A stretch of DNA of 63,819 bases, the filler included, from Reclinomonas americana ATCC 50394 (Eukaryota): assembly GCA_048213135.1 (NCBI GenBank). It is 5 parts of 2 records of this genome, joined end to end, with 100 filler letters (N's around TTAATTAATTAA, not from the genome) between each part and the next. Parts side by side here need not be neighbours in the genome. Positions count along the whole stretch, not along the records: positions 36,642 to 56,065 come from PS015048.1; positions 56,166 to 62,526 come from PS015048.1; positions 62,627 to 63,819 come from PS015065.1; 2 more parts are not named here. One strand, given 5' to 3'. Below, piece after piece: positions 49,884 to 62,669 of this stretch (within the stretch, counting starts at the first letter, position 1; each line of letters begins with the position of its first letter). Under the pieces are notes generated by a model. That model had not been told where the DNA came from. It did no database searches and saw only the letters and a program-made list of their open reading frames with translations. Made by a program: the position numbers and the translations under genes.

Positions 49884-49965
49884 CGTTGATGTGCAAAAGT
49901 TGTTGAGAATGAAATGTGTCCTGTGGGGCGCACAAGTCTGTCTCCTCTCTCATTGCCAGCCAACC

Positions 49966-51539
49966 ATGGGCGCGTCTTCCACCCGCGCATTCACTCCTCA
50001 CGAGATCAACCAACTTCGCGCACAGTACCTGCGCGTGGTGCGGCGACGTCGAGGCGGCGTGGTGGGCCCTCCGTCGCACTCCGACTCGCCCTCCTTGCCA
50101 CCTGCATCGCCGCCACCACCACCAACACCACCACCACCAGCACGCGCAGCCGCCTACGTTGTGTCCTCTCCAGCGCAGGTGGAGGAGGCGGAGGACGANN
50201 NNNNNNNNNNNNNNNNNNNNNNNNNNNNNNNNNNNNNNNNNNNNNNNNNNNNNNNNNNNNNNNNNNNNNNNNNNNNNNNNNNNNNNNNNNNNNNNNNNNN
50301 NNNNNNNNNNNNNNNNNNNNNNNNNNNNNNNNNNNNNNNNNNNNNNNNNNNNNNNNNNNNNNNNNNNNNNNNNNNNGCGAGGACCGCCTCCACTATTCTC
50401 CGGTGGCGCTGCATCGTCGTCATCGGTGCTGTCGCCGACGGGTGTGTCGATGCATGGCGCAGAGAGTCCTGGTGCAGCAGCAGCAAGTGTGATGATGAGC
50501 GATAGCATGGAGGATGGTGGTGGCGATGATGATGGTGCAGTAGCTGGAGCATCGCCTCCACCACCTCCGCTGCATCACGAGCAGCCATCGTCGCCGCTGC
50601 CGGGTGCTGTGATGGGAACGGCCACGAATGAGACAGCGTCGGATAGCGGCGATGAGGGCGGCGATGGCGACGAGTTGGTGCGAGGTGCGGTTTACATGTC
50701 TAACACAAATGTGTGCTAGTGCAGTTTTTCCTCAATTCGTCGTCGTCGTTGGGTGTGCAGTGGCGCAAGGCTTGACGGCGGAGGAATTCAGTGAAGTGTT
50801 TACTGGCCTGCCGGAGATTGTGCGACCGCCGGCTGAGATTGTGGCGCGCTACTTTGATGCGTTTGACACGGATCACAATGGCTTGGTTGATTTCCACGAG
50901 TTCCTCGCCGGTCTCTACGTGTGCTGTCGCGGCACCATCGACGACAAGGTCAACTTTCTCTTCAAGATTCAGGACCTCGACGGCGACGGCATCATCACGA
51001 AGCGAGAGTATTCGACAGTGGCGCGCGCCTCCATGCAGGCGTTTCATCGGGTCATGCGTGCCGAGTTGGAGGCCAGCAAGGACCCCATTCTGCTTGAGTC
51101 GTTCGACGAGGGCATTCGTGTCGGCGTCGACGAGGGTGTGGAGGAGTTCTTTCGTCTGGCCGATGTGCGTGACGGGAGAGGGGGCGAGATGATGAACCCG
51201 TGCGTCATGTTATCTCACTGGCTGTGCGCACGCTCTGCAGGTCGACTGCAACGGCGTGGTGACGCTCGACGAGTTCCGAAGGCACATCAAGACGAACTCA
51301 CGAGCGCGTGAGCTGCTGAAGCATCTGGGCGTCAACTTTGCGACTGTATTTCCCGACCAACAGGTGACGCCCACCGCACTGTTTTTCTGCAAAAGAGTCG
51401 TGCTTCTGACACAAGCGAGGCACAGCGGCAAGTCCAGCGCATGCAGCGCGACTTTGAGGCGACCCGGCAAAAGTTTCGGGAGACCATCGAGGGTGGTCTC
51501 GTCGAGCCGGAGGAGAACTCCTGTTGTGTGTGCTTGTAG
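49966..51539 (+). CDS. Myristoylated EF-hand calcium sensor (NCS/calcineurin-B-like)
   Basis: MGASST N-terminus, FTPHEINQL, EF-hands FDAFDTDHNGLVDFHEF, QDLDGDGIITKRE and D.DCNGVVTLDEF, and the GTIDDKVNFLFK motif. Confidence 0.88.
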
Positions 51540-51558
51540 AATGTAGTCGCGCCGTGCG

Positions 51559-52998
51559 TCAGTTGCGTCCCATGCGGAATCCCAGACAGTCGACTCGTCG
51601 TGTGTCGGCGTCGTCCAGTCGCGAGACCAGACACTGTGCAGAGAGGAGGCTATAGTGGGGAGTGTGACTTGTGAGATGGAGCAACACCGCGTGCAAGTCA
51701 CCTGTGGCCGACTACGACTGCTTGAGTGCAGCGCCACGGCAAACGACGGTGTGGTGTGACCCCACGCCACTTGCGCGAACTGTCGTTTCGAGTCCACGTG
51801 AAGGGCCAGCACGCCACACAACACATGCGGGTGCTGGTCGAGTACGCTGGTGATGGCTGCCGCAGGGTCGCCGCCTCCGGAGCCGCCCTGTCGCATCGCC
51901 TCCACCACCGTGCCACTCATGCACGTCTCCATGAGTTGCTCGCCCACGCCGGAAGCAGAAGCACCGAGCAGCGATACGCCATCCGCGTCCACGGCAACCC
52001 ATCCGCCGGCGCGAGGCATGGCCGCCTGCGTCAGAGTGCACTGAGCGACGGCGTCCCCAGCCACAGCAAGCGCCCACTCACCGATCCTACTCGCCCTCGC
52101 GTGGCCATCAGCGGCCCTCCCGAGCTGCAAACGAACGCACCAGCGCTGCCTCCGTCTTTCTGTTGCACAGATCAGCATCCATACGGGCGGAAGAGTGTTT
52201 TGATTGCAGGAGCGCAACTGTGTGCAGAAAGAACAGCACACCGATCGTGTCACTGACGCCATCGTCTCGGCGCAACGCCTGCTGCGCGCTCTCGAAACGG
52301 GCACGCGACTGCGCCGTCACCAGGCGCTGCGGACAAGTGGCCACGTCGTGCAATCGCGCAAACTCGCCAGCTCCGTCGCTCACCAGCATGCTGTTCGCAC
52401 ACACACGACAATCAACATCATCCCTTGCCATCCATGCGACACGGAAAGCGCGCAAACGCAACCGCGGTCGCACAAGTCCACTGGCCGAAAAGTCGCCACC
52501 CACCAGCACATCGGCCAGCAGTCGTTGACATACAATGCACGGGTTTCGAACGTCTGCACCCCTCCACCACTGTCATGATCAGCATGCAATCACTAGCGTC
52601 GGCGACAAGGAAAGCGCGCGCGCACCGCTCAGCGCGCCAACCGAGGCCGATTTCGTCGTCGAAGTTCCGACACACCCGCAACTGGCATCGCACTGCACCT
52701 CACCATCGGCATTCAACTGCGACCCAGTGCCTGCATTCGTCAGCGGCGAGTCCTGCACACGCATCTCTATTAATAAGAGAGGCGCAAGGCGACACATAAT
52801 GAAGCAATCCACCTCCAGCATGCACGCCACCTGCGTGGCAATCTGCAACGCCGCCACTCGCACATCAGCCTCGCCTGCCACGCTCTCCACCCACTGCGGC
52901 ACACGCTCGCACGTTTCACGCAGCAGCGACTCGTATTCTTCCGTCGCGCTGTCCGTGTGTCGACCAGCGCCCGCGTGCAAGCAGATCTCCCATTGCAT
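51559..52998 (-). CDS. TASP1: Taspase-1-like threonine aspartase (asparaginase-2 Ntn hydrolase)
   Basis: CLHAGAG, LE|DSPLTNAGTGSQLN.DGEVQCDAS, MLVSDGA, autocleavage site SD/TIG, SSGG, SGVGEQLM and WGHTTPSF. Confidence 0.85.
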
Positions 52999-53128
52999 TG
53001 AGGGATGGTGAAATCGACGGGACAGAGGCTGAGCAAGGCCTTCGCTCTCTGCTTTGTGATTCACTGATGTGCCAAGCGACACCGAGACTGATGGTGGTCA
53101 CCGGCGCCCATCACGAACCGTTGTCATC

Positions 53129-53181
53129 ATGTCGCTGGGACGCAAGCAGCCCATTGACTTTCAGACCTACGAGGGTATGCC

Positions 53182-53219
<38 letters not shown>

Positions 53220-54140
53220 CTACTGTGCGTGACACACCATGTAACCCGCCTATGTACACAGATTACCTCGACACGTTCATTGACGACACCGACATTTACT
53301 ATCTGCGCGACAGTTGTGTTTGTTCCCTGTCGCTGCCTCTCTCTCTCGCACACTCACTCTCTATGTGTGCACGCGCAGAGGAAGTTGGTCGGCGACTGGT
53401 AGAACTGGGCTTCCGCGGCAAGGATGTGCTGTCACGCGATGAGTGGCGGAAGAGACGAGAGGAGGCCGAGATGGCCAAGATGCAGGAGGTGCTGAAGAAT
53501 GCGCCGAGGCGGCTGGCCTCCCTTGGCCGCACGTTTGCGCACTCGCCGTTCTTGCAGGCGCTGGCCAATCGCGAGGAGCTGGTGTTGCAGGGCAAGCTGA
53601 CCACCATTATCTTTATCCGCGATCGCAACGCCAAGGGACAGGTGTGTGTGGAACGATCGGTGTCACGAGTTGTTGTTGTTGTTGTTGACAGGTGGTGACA
53701 TGGTGTTGCGTGCAGGAGGTGTCGGGCTACATTGACTACTATCACCGGCTGACCTCGGAGGACTTTGAGCAGTATTTCGACGGCACGAAGAAGCTGCTGC
53801 CGACGCCCAACGACCTGTCGTACTACAACTGGGATACGATGAATGTGGCCAGCAACGATTCTCCGTTGCGTCCCTCCTCCATCCGCCGACTGCCACAGGC
53901 AGAGATACTGACGACATGTGATGCAGGTACATTGCCGTGCTGACGAACAGCGAGACGGGCATCGAGTTCAAGAACAAGCGCGATCGCAAAGTGATTTGCC
54001 CCGACCCGAAGAGCGAGGCCACGTCGCACTCTGATGTGGATCCGGACGCGATCAAGACAGCTCGTGTGGAGATTCAGAGCCCCGAGTACCTGCATGTGGT
54101 GATCTACGACCACCTCACCAGGCGACGAACCGTGTCATGA
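53129..54140 (+). CDS. CFAP299: Cilia- and flagella-associated protein 299 (DUF4464)
   Basis: [76 protein letters not shown] and VIYDH.TRR. Confidence 0.92.
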
Positions 54141-54237
54141 GCGCCGTGCGCTGCGGTAAAGAAGTCATTCGAGATTGTTGTAATTTTTTACCACTTTGTA
54201 CACACAGCGCTACACACTACTGCTCTGCCTTCTGTTC

Positions 54238-56065
54238 TCAACGGACAAGAGTCATCCATGCGCCGTGGTCTGTCAGGACCTCGTTGACAGCTGCGCGGCC
54301 ATTCTCAAAATAGTCGTTGAACTGGGACGGGCTGAAGAATTGGTTGGCGGTGCTCGTGTGTGGGAAACGGCCGCTAGTCAACGACGACTCGTGGCAGCAC
54401 TTGTTGCAGCACTCGCAGCACATGCCGACATTGTAGCCGTGTTCCTCGCGGCGACGCGGCTTCATGTAGATGATGATGCCTTCGTTGTCGGCGATATTGA
54501 CTCCACCAAAAGCCTGATCGTCGCCGGGGTCGAACGGCCCCACGGCGGCCACACGTTGTACGTCGGCCGGATGCACTGCTGGCGATGGATAGCGCACCTT
54601 GAAGGCCACATAGTGGTCACGCTCGAAGCGTACACGTGTGTCTTCATGGACGCGCGTGCGCTGTGTGCACGGTTGAGCATCGATGGCAAAATGGAGCGAC
54701 AGGCAGGCACCAACAAGCGTTACCTCTTGCAGCTCAATGTCAAACCTGACAGAGTGCATTGTGTCGTCCAAGACCGGCGTCGGGAAGAACGTGTGATGCA
54801 TCAGTGTCTGCAGGGGGCAGCAGTGAGCACAGGAGTGCATGTACATCAGTGTGCGGCACTTCGCACCAAAATGTCCTTGTGTGCTGGGTCAATCGGGTAG
54901 AACTCACATCCGTACCAGTTGCGCGCTCGTTCTAGAGCATTCAACAGATCCAGACACTCACGCGAGCTGTCCATGCCGCCGTCGAGCGCGATGATGTGCT
55001 GCAGTGGATTTTTCCTCATGAGTCAGTGATAACTGTGTGCAGTGGATATAAGCCACGCACCCGGTGACGATCGCGCAGCAGGGCCAGTAGGGCGAGATTC
55101 TCCAGGTGGCCACCATCGGAGAGGTACACTTGAGTCGGCACCGCATCATCGACGGTGTGCAAATGAAGACCTTGGCGAATGGAGCTGACAACGTGCAGTG
55201 TGACTTCCAGCATCTCCGAGGCAGTCCAGCAACAGTTGTTGCGTTTCATCTGCACTTCAGTCCCTCCGGGCAGTCGCGCGTATCGCTCTGCATGTCGCAA
55301 GAGTCAAAAACAGCAGCACGTGAACGGAGGAGGAGGAGTGCACTCACGCAACTGCGACCGAGGAAGGGTATGAGGACCGTGCACACAATGGCCACGAGCA
55401 GCATGCCGAGCAGCGTCGTACTGACACCGATGCGCATGCCAAAGTAGACACCCTGCGCCGTGCTCTGATCGTACTTGTTGTAGTACATGGCGCCGAGAAG
55501 GCCACACACGGCCAAGAATGCGGCAACAAAGATCCAGCACACCACANNNNNNNNNNNNNNNNNNNNCTGCTCGCACATCATCATGATCAGCAGAGATGGA
55601 AGGAGTGGATGTGGAGAAGTAACAGTCAACGCAACATCTTCCACTTGCTCGGCAGCGTGCTGTTGAACCAGTAGCCGAGACCGGCATTGGTCCAGGAGGC
55701 AGCCATCTCGGATCCGTAGCCAAAGTTGTTGACGCCCATCTCGTTGGCAAAGGCAGCGGCCGACGTTGCCATGACCTGTGTCCACGTCAGTGAGTCAGTC
55801 GCTGAGTGGAGTGCTTCAATGCGCAGCGCCACACCGACCTCCGACAGTCGCGGTGCTCCAGGCTGCGCCACCGGATTGATGCCCTCCTATGCACGCACTC
55901 CGCGTCAGAGTGAATGTCATACACAGCGATCAACAAACACCGACACACCAGCGGAATGACCAATCGTCCCTGCGTGCCTGCTGTGGCACCCACCAGCCAT
56001 GGAATCGAGCGCTCCGCGTGCGCCGACAGTCGACGATCGCCTTCCGCTGTGAGCGGGGTGCCTTG
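54238..56065 (-). CDS. Patatin/cPLA2-like (lysophospholipase-fold) membrane lipase, C-terminal part
   Basis: MATSAAAF, NAGLGYWF, two TM helices, VYLSDGGHLENLALLALLR (catalytic DGG motif), IIALDGG, IIYMKP and FPHTSTANQFFSPSQFNDYFENG. Confidence 0.78.
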
Positions 56066-56165
56066 NNNNNNNNNNNNNNNNNNNNNNNNNNNNNNNNNNN
56101 NNNNNNNNNTTAATTAATTAANNNNNNNNNNNNNNNNNNNNNNNNNNNNNNNNNNNNNNNNNNNN

Positions 56166-57490
56166 TGAGGAAAAGGGGGAGGTGGTGGAACAACGGCGAC
56201 AAATCCACCCCTGTGCAACAAGATTCAGGTATCTTGTGGCTTCTCACCGGCAGAGTACATCATGCTCACCTCTCCGCCTTGGGTTCGGGAGTGGCAATGG
56301 TAACGAAGCCACCCCTGTGCGCAGAAGGGATCAGTAATCTTGTGCCATCGCACAGCAAGTACACCATGCGCACCTCTCCGTGACCGATTCAGGAGTTGCG
56401 ACGGCCACGAAGGTACCCCTGTGCGAAAAGGGATCAACATCCTTGTGACATCACACCACTCTTCTGCACAGCATGCGCACCTCTCCGCCTTGGGTTCAGG
56501 AGTGGCGACGGCGACGAATCCACCCCTGTGCAAGGAAGGGATCAGTCATCGTGTGCCATCGCACAGCAAGCACACCATGCACACCTCTCCGCTTTCGGTT
56601 CAGGAGTGGCGACGGCGACGAACCCACCCCTGTGCAACGAAGGGATCAGTCATCTTGTGCCATCGCACAGCAAGCACACTATGCACACCTCTCCGCTTTC
56701 GGTTCAGGAGTGGCGANNNNNNNNNNNNNNNNNNNNNNNNNNNNNNNNNNNNNNNNNNNNNNNNNNNNNNNNNNNNNNNNNNNNNNNNNNNNNNNNNNNN
56801 NNNNNNNNNNNNNNNNNNNNNNNNNNNNNNNNNNNNNNNNNNNNNNNNNNNNNNNNNNNNNNNNNNNNNNNNNNNNNNNNNNNNNNNNNNNNNNNNNNNN
56901 NNNNNNNNNNNNNNNNNNNNNNNNNNNNNNNNNNNNNNNNNNNNNNNNNNNNNNNNNNNNNNNNNNNNNNNNNNNNNNNNNNNNNNNNNNNNNNNNNNNN
57001 NNNNNNNNNNNNNNNNNNNNNNNNNNNNNNNNNNNNNNNNNNNNNNNNNNNNNNNNNNNNNNNNNNNNNNNNNNNNNNNNNNNNNNNNNNNNNNNNNNNN
57101 NNNNNNNNNNNNNNNNNNNNNNNNNNNNNNNNNNNNNNNNNNNNNNNNNNNNNNNNNNNNNNNNNNNNNNNNNNNNNNNNNNNNNNNNNNNNNNNNNNNN
57201 NNNNNNNNNNNNNNNNNNNNNNNNNNNNNNNNNNTGGTCACAAATCCACCCCTGTGCAACGAAGGGATCAGTCATCTTGTGCCATCGCACAGCAAGCACA
57301 CCATGCGCACCTCTCCGATTTCGGTTCAGGAGTGGCGACGGCGACGAATCCACCCCTGTGCGAAGAAGGGATCAACAACCTTGTTACATCACACAGCCAG
57401 CACAGCACACGCACCTCTCCGCTTTCGGTTCAGGAGTGGCGATGGTCACGAATCCACCCCTGTGAATATTACCAACCTTGTGACATCGCG
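56166..57490. repeat. Tandem satellite with ~104-bp unit
   Basis: (C/T)ACCCCTGTG recurs at 56206, 56310, 56414, 56521, 56625, 57247, 57351 and 57455. Whole units are similar, so there are no unique spacers. Confidence 0.92.
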
Positions 57491-57494
57491 TCAC

Positions 57495-58759
57495 TTAATC
57501 CCCGCACGCAGTCCCAACTACACACCGCTCAGCATCCTTGTCCACCGCCTGGCCGCCAGTGACTGCACTTGTTGCCGCTTCGGAGGGCCGCGCCGACGGG
57601 CCAATCTGCATGCCCTGTGCTGTCTTGGCCATCTTGACTAGCTTTTCCAACTCTCGCTCCTCACGATCGCGCTCCCGCTGCCGCTTCTTCTCGGTCGACT
57701 GCGGCGTGATATGCAGCTTCTTGGTCTCCAGCAGACGCTACGAGACAAGGCAACAACCGTGACACAACCGAGGCGCGACCCAGGACGCACAGGAGACGCG
57801 GATACGAAGCGCGTCGGCACACCTTGCGATGGTGATGGTCGTACGAGCTGAGGTGATTCTCCAGTTGCTTCACGTTGGTGTACTGTTTCTTGCACAGATC
57901 GCAGTAGAAGCTCTTGTTCATGTCGCGAACATCCGTCTCGATGGCCTCCTGTCGCTGTACCACTTCCTCACTGCGCATGTGCGACACAGTCACATTCGGC
58001 GAGCAAGAAGAGGTGAGCGAGCGCAGCCACGCAACAGCTTCTCACGTCGTTCCGCGGTGAGCTCCATCTCGATCTCCATCAGCCGTCGCTTAAAGTTCTC
58101 CGGTCGCGTCATCTCCTCGTCGTGTGTGTCTTTGCCGAGGCCAGTCGTGTTGGTCTTGAGGCGCACAGGCACCGGTTCAAGTCGTCCCTGACCCTCCTTG
58201 CCCAGGCCCTTCTCCTCGTTCCAGCCGAGCTTCTTCAGCATCTTGAAACCCTTGTTGGAGGACGCAATGGCCTTGTCTAGTGAGGCCGCCGTGGGTGCGT
58301 CGTCATCCGCACTGCACACGACACCAGAGATAATGTGTGTGAGCAATCGTCTGCAAGCACACACACACACACGCGCGCATGCGCACGCAACTCCTGTGCG
58401 GCAGCACCCAGTGGCATCACGCGCTCCTCGAGCAGATCGTCCCAGCCGGCGGCACGCTCGCCCTGCGACTCATTCACTTGTCAGTGCGTGCATTCCCGCC
58501 ATCTCACTGCCGCGATCACACATGCCTGCTCAATGCGACGCCTGCGATACTCCTCGTAGGCACTGTCGGCTGCAGCCACTGCCTGGTACCGCTCGGCCAC
58601 ACGAGCGATGGGCGCCACAGGCAAGTGTGCCTGGGAACGCGCCTCGGCCAGCAAGGCCTGCGTCTGTTCATCGCGCAGAAAGACGGTGCGATCGGCGGCA
58701 GATGGCGCGGCGATGAAGGAGGGACCGAGTCGGTCGCGCTCACGAGGGGGCTCGCCCAT
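57495..58759 (-). CDS. G-patch + C2H2 zinc finger protein (GPATCH8-like)
   Basis: IASSNKGFKMLKKLGWNEEKGLGKEGQGRLEPV (G-patch) and FYCDLCKKQYTNVKQLENHLSSYDHHHRK. Confidence 0.9.
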
Positions 58760-59194
58760 GGCGACGACGAGAAAACGAGCTCGTCCGTCGAGGTAGATGA
58801 AAGCAGGACAAGGTGAGTCGTCGACGTTGATATCATACGAAAGCCGTTCGTCAACATCAGTAGAGGCAGCATCTGCCGCGCCACGATTAGGTACAGCACA
58901 CACATTCAAACACAACGGCGTGTTGTGCGACGACAAAGCGACGACAAGGTACATTGTATTCTCGAAGTTGTTGAAAGTGTACTCGCAAAATTGTCTTCTC
59001 ACCCATGCATATGGCCACGCGACTCGCCACCTTGCGAGTGCGTCTTGTGCCAGGCAGATGTGTATACAGGACAGCAGCGATCGTCCATAATGCGCCAGCG
59101 ATTCGCCAAAGCTGGCAAGCAATATAACTCCGAACGAAATATATATGACACAAATCCTGTCATCGCGTTTTCCAAACTTTACTTTTTTTTTTGC

Positions 59195-62041
59195 ATGTCG
59201 AACCGCAGAGACTCACTGGCCAGCGGCAAGAGCGAGAACACCGTGGGCGACACGCTTGTGCGTCCGACCACCGCCGGTCTGCAGCAGCAGCGCAACAGGG
59301 CGGCGGCAGGTGGGGGCGGTCATGGCGCTCACGAACCGCCCATGCCACACGCCCATGCCACAAGCGACGCCCACTCCTTCACCCGCGGTGTGCGCGGTCC
59401 GATGGGAGTGGTGCCGCGAGACCCGTACCTGTTTGCAGCCATCCTCACGGCGCTCTTCCTGCTGATCGTGGCCAATGTGACGTTCTTGCCAGATCACTCG
59501 ACGCAGGAGCCGGTGACGCCAGCATCAGTCATGTGGATGCGAGCTGCCGGTCACGGTCGTCGTGTGCGATCCTCCGATGGTGCTGCAATGGGCGCAAGCA
59601 CGACGCAATGCACGCTCGCTCCCGCACCCTCGCCAGATCCAGTGCCGCATGCCATTCGTTCCGGTTCCGGATCCACCACCACCGGCTCCTTTATTCGTGA
59701 GGACGGCAACGAGCTCCTGCCAAATCTCTTCGGCATCCGCGTGTTCCTCTTTGTCTTTGGTGTGGTGCTGGTGGTTGCTACGGCTGTGGGACTGGCAGCT
59801 TGCGTGGTGAGTGTGCGGTAGGCGAAAGACGACACACGCACACATACTCCGAGCCACATGATGGTGTACAGTAGACATACAAACCAAGCTGCACAGCAAT
59901 ACTACACAGATGTCGCTGGTGGAGTACAGATTACAGAGTGCTAGAAGTAGTCGTGTATATCGATATCAACAATACTGCATACAGTATGTACTGTACGTGG
60001 ATAGGCGTCTTTTCGTTCCCACTGACCACTTTGCCGTGCTGTGATGTCCTTGCAGATGTGGTGGTGGCGCTTCAGCTTCCGACCACTCGACACGGAACAG
60101 GAGTTCTTCGATAACGCACTGGCGACAATTGGACTCACGCGACACGCTGTCGTCGAACGAGTGCTTACCCAGTCGCTGACCATTGTGACTGGCGTAGCGG
60201 AGCTGGCCTACCTCATCTACCTCTCCACGCTTGTCAAGCACGACCTCACCGCCTCGTCCAAGCTCTTCATCGGCGGGCTGTTCATGCTCACCTTTGTGTC
60301 GCTGCTGCTCTCGTTTCCCATGGCGATTTTCTCGGTGCGAGAGATTCCGTTCGGCTACGCCGACCTTCGTGACCACCCGCTGCACAAGCCTCTCTCCGGC
60401 TCCATCGTACTCTTGATGGCCGTCAATGGTTCTCTCGGAATCGTGTTCACGCTGGGTCACCAGTTCCAGAGGTGAGTTGCAGTTTTGAACATAATCTCTC
60501 CATGCATGCTGACCTGCTTCTGCTGCTGCACAGCTGGCTGCACTCACTGGAGGAGTCTGACCTCACCGACGCAAACTACCGCGTCGCCACGTTGTTCATC
60601 ACCGTCTTCTCCATCTTCCACCTGCAGTGGTTCTTCACTGCGCTCAGCATGTTCCACGGTGGCCATCATGTCAGCGAGTTGGAGCATCTGACTGCGGCCG
60701 GCATGGAGGCAGGTGGCGTTCCCGTTGCGCACGATGAAGATGCAGCTGATCGTCGTAGTGTGCACTCGTCGTCCGGACCCGCTGGGCTGTCTGTCGTCCC
60801 CCAGTGAGTCTTCTCCGATCGCGACTTTTTTTGCAATCAAACACTGCCTCTCTTATTGTCTCAAACACTCCTTTCGCGCAGCAAAACTGGCACATTCGAA
60901 AAGGCCAAGGCCCGCATCCCCAAGAGTCCCTTCTTGTGGATCTCGGCTGTGCTACTGGTCATCTATGCTGTGGTGCCTGGCATCATTGCTGCTGCTGCAG
61001 ACATGGGCGCCGCCTTTAGCGACACGTCGGGCGCTTTCGCCACTTATCGCATCGTGATCGCCATCCTGCTCACCCTCGCAGTGGCTGCACTCATGTTGCT
61101 GATTCGCGGAGAGCGCATGTCGGTGAGTGTGCCGCTGCTGTACGACACGACGCGCAGTACCGCAGCGTCATCTCACCCTTGTGTTGGCAGCACTTTTCGA
61201 CCGACACATTCTTCTATGTTTCGTGGATTGCCACCATTGCCACCGAGATCTACAACTTCCTCTACTTCTTCGCCTACGACGACACACTCGTGTGCATCCC
61301 GGGCTCGTCGGGACGAAACGGTGTGTTGCACCACTGGCACACAGCAAACGCACAGATGTTCCAATAACGACGCATGTGTCGATACAGGCGCTGCCAGTAT
61401 CTTTTTCATCATTTACTACATTGTGCTGCCGATCCCCATTTTTGTGTTTGAGCGCGACCATGTGTGAGTACGCTGTTTCCTCTGTCATCTGCAGCACTAG
61501 CTCTCAACAGTGTGTGCATGAACAGCAAGTTTCTCAAGTCGCTGATCAGTGACTGTTCTCGGCTGACTGTGTTGTGCATCGGTCTTGGAGTGATTGCGCT
61601 GGGTCAGTTGTCGTGCCACACCTGCTCCTTAAGCTTGCGTGCTGATGATCATCGCCACTTATTCTGTCCCTGTTTATCAACGCTCCAGGAACGTTTGGCT
61701 CTCTGATCCTCACGTTCAGCGACAAGCTGTACGACAACTTGGCCATCATTACCTTTGGAGGTCAGTCGTGAATCCCAACTGTGCATAACGTGCTTCCTCA
61801 CACCATCTATTCTCGTGCAGACAACTTCTCCAAGCTGACACCGCTGATCCTCAAGTTCCACCTGGCCATCCTCGAAAACCTCACCGTCATTGTGGTGATG
61901 TTGTACTATGCCAGCCGCAAGAAGAAGGCGCGACAGAGCAATCAGCCGCCACATTCTCCCTCCACGGCTGCCGCTCCCTCGTCGCCTGCGACGCCAGCCT
62001 CTCCGTCGTCGATGGAGATGCGGACGTTGACAAAAGTGTGA
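59195..62041 (+). CDS. Polytopic membrane protein (~12 TM), multi-exon, unknown family
   Basis: Many hydrophobic 20-aa segments across GT-AG exons, e.g. YLFAAILTALFLLIVANV, LFIGGLFMLTFVSLLLSF, FLWISAVLLVIYAVV and IFFIIYYIVLPIPIF. Confidence 0.7.
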
Positions 62042-62153
62042 GCTTAAATGCACGGCATGCGTGTTGTCGACCCTCTAGATCTCTAATGCTGCAGCGAGAT
62101 GCAGTAAACCACACATTTCCCCTTCCTTTTCCCTTTCGTTCTCCATTCCGTTG

Positions 62154-62480
62154 TTACACTGACCCATCTGCACCTCGCGTATCGCTGCTGCGCTCCTCTG
62201 CCGAGTCGAGCACCACGCGAATAAACGCACTGGAAGGACTCAGAGTGAATCGTGCCTCATGCAAACCCGGCCAGCCCGGCGGCGGAGCCCGACTGACGTG
62301 CAGTCGTTCGGATCGAAGGCCGCCGCGACGGCGATGATCCACGTCGATCGAGTTGGACTCGAGCGAGCGGAAGTCGACTGCCGAGTACTCCGACAGTTCC
62401 ACGTAGTGTGTGCGACCAGAGTCGGCTTGCAGACGCGGAGAGCCCACCGTGAGTTTGACATCGGGCAACGATCGACCTGC
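62154..62480 (-). CDS. C-terminal exon of an uncharacterised gene (rest beyond the linker)
   Basis: Open frame GRSLPDVKLTVGSPRL...ARFTLSPSSAFIRVVLD...* following a CAG acceptor. Confidence 0.35.
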   Translation of the reverse strand, partial: AGRSLPDVKLTVGSPRLQADSGRTHYVELSEYSAVDFRSLESNSIDVDHRRRGGLRSERLHVSRAPPPGWPGLHEARFTLSPSSAFIRVVLDSAEERSSDTRGADGSV

Positions 62481-62669
62481 ACGCACGCAGAAATCACCAT
62501 GGTCATCATCATCATCATCATCTGCGNNNNNNNNNNNNNNNNNNNNNNNNNNNNNNNNNNNNNNNNNNNNTTAATTAATTAANNNNNNNNNNNNNNNNNN
62601 NNNNNNNNNNNNNNNNNNNNNNNNNNATTGGCTCGTGACTGACGAACACGACTCTCCTCTTGCTCCAGG

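Noticed and set aside
56166-57490. Possible CRISPR-like repeat-spacer array that could supply guides to the Fanzor
   Set aside because: Entire 104-bp units are homologous, with no unique spacers. It also lies beyond two artificial linkers from the nuclease gene.
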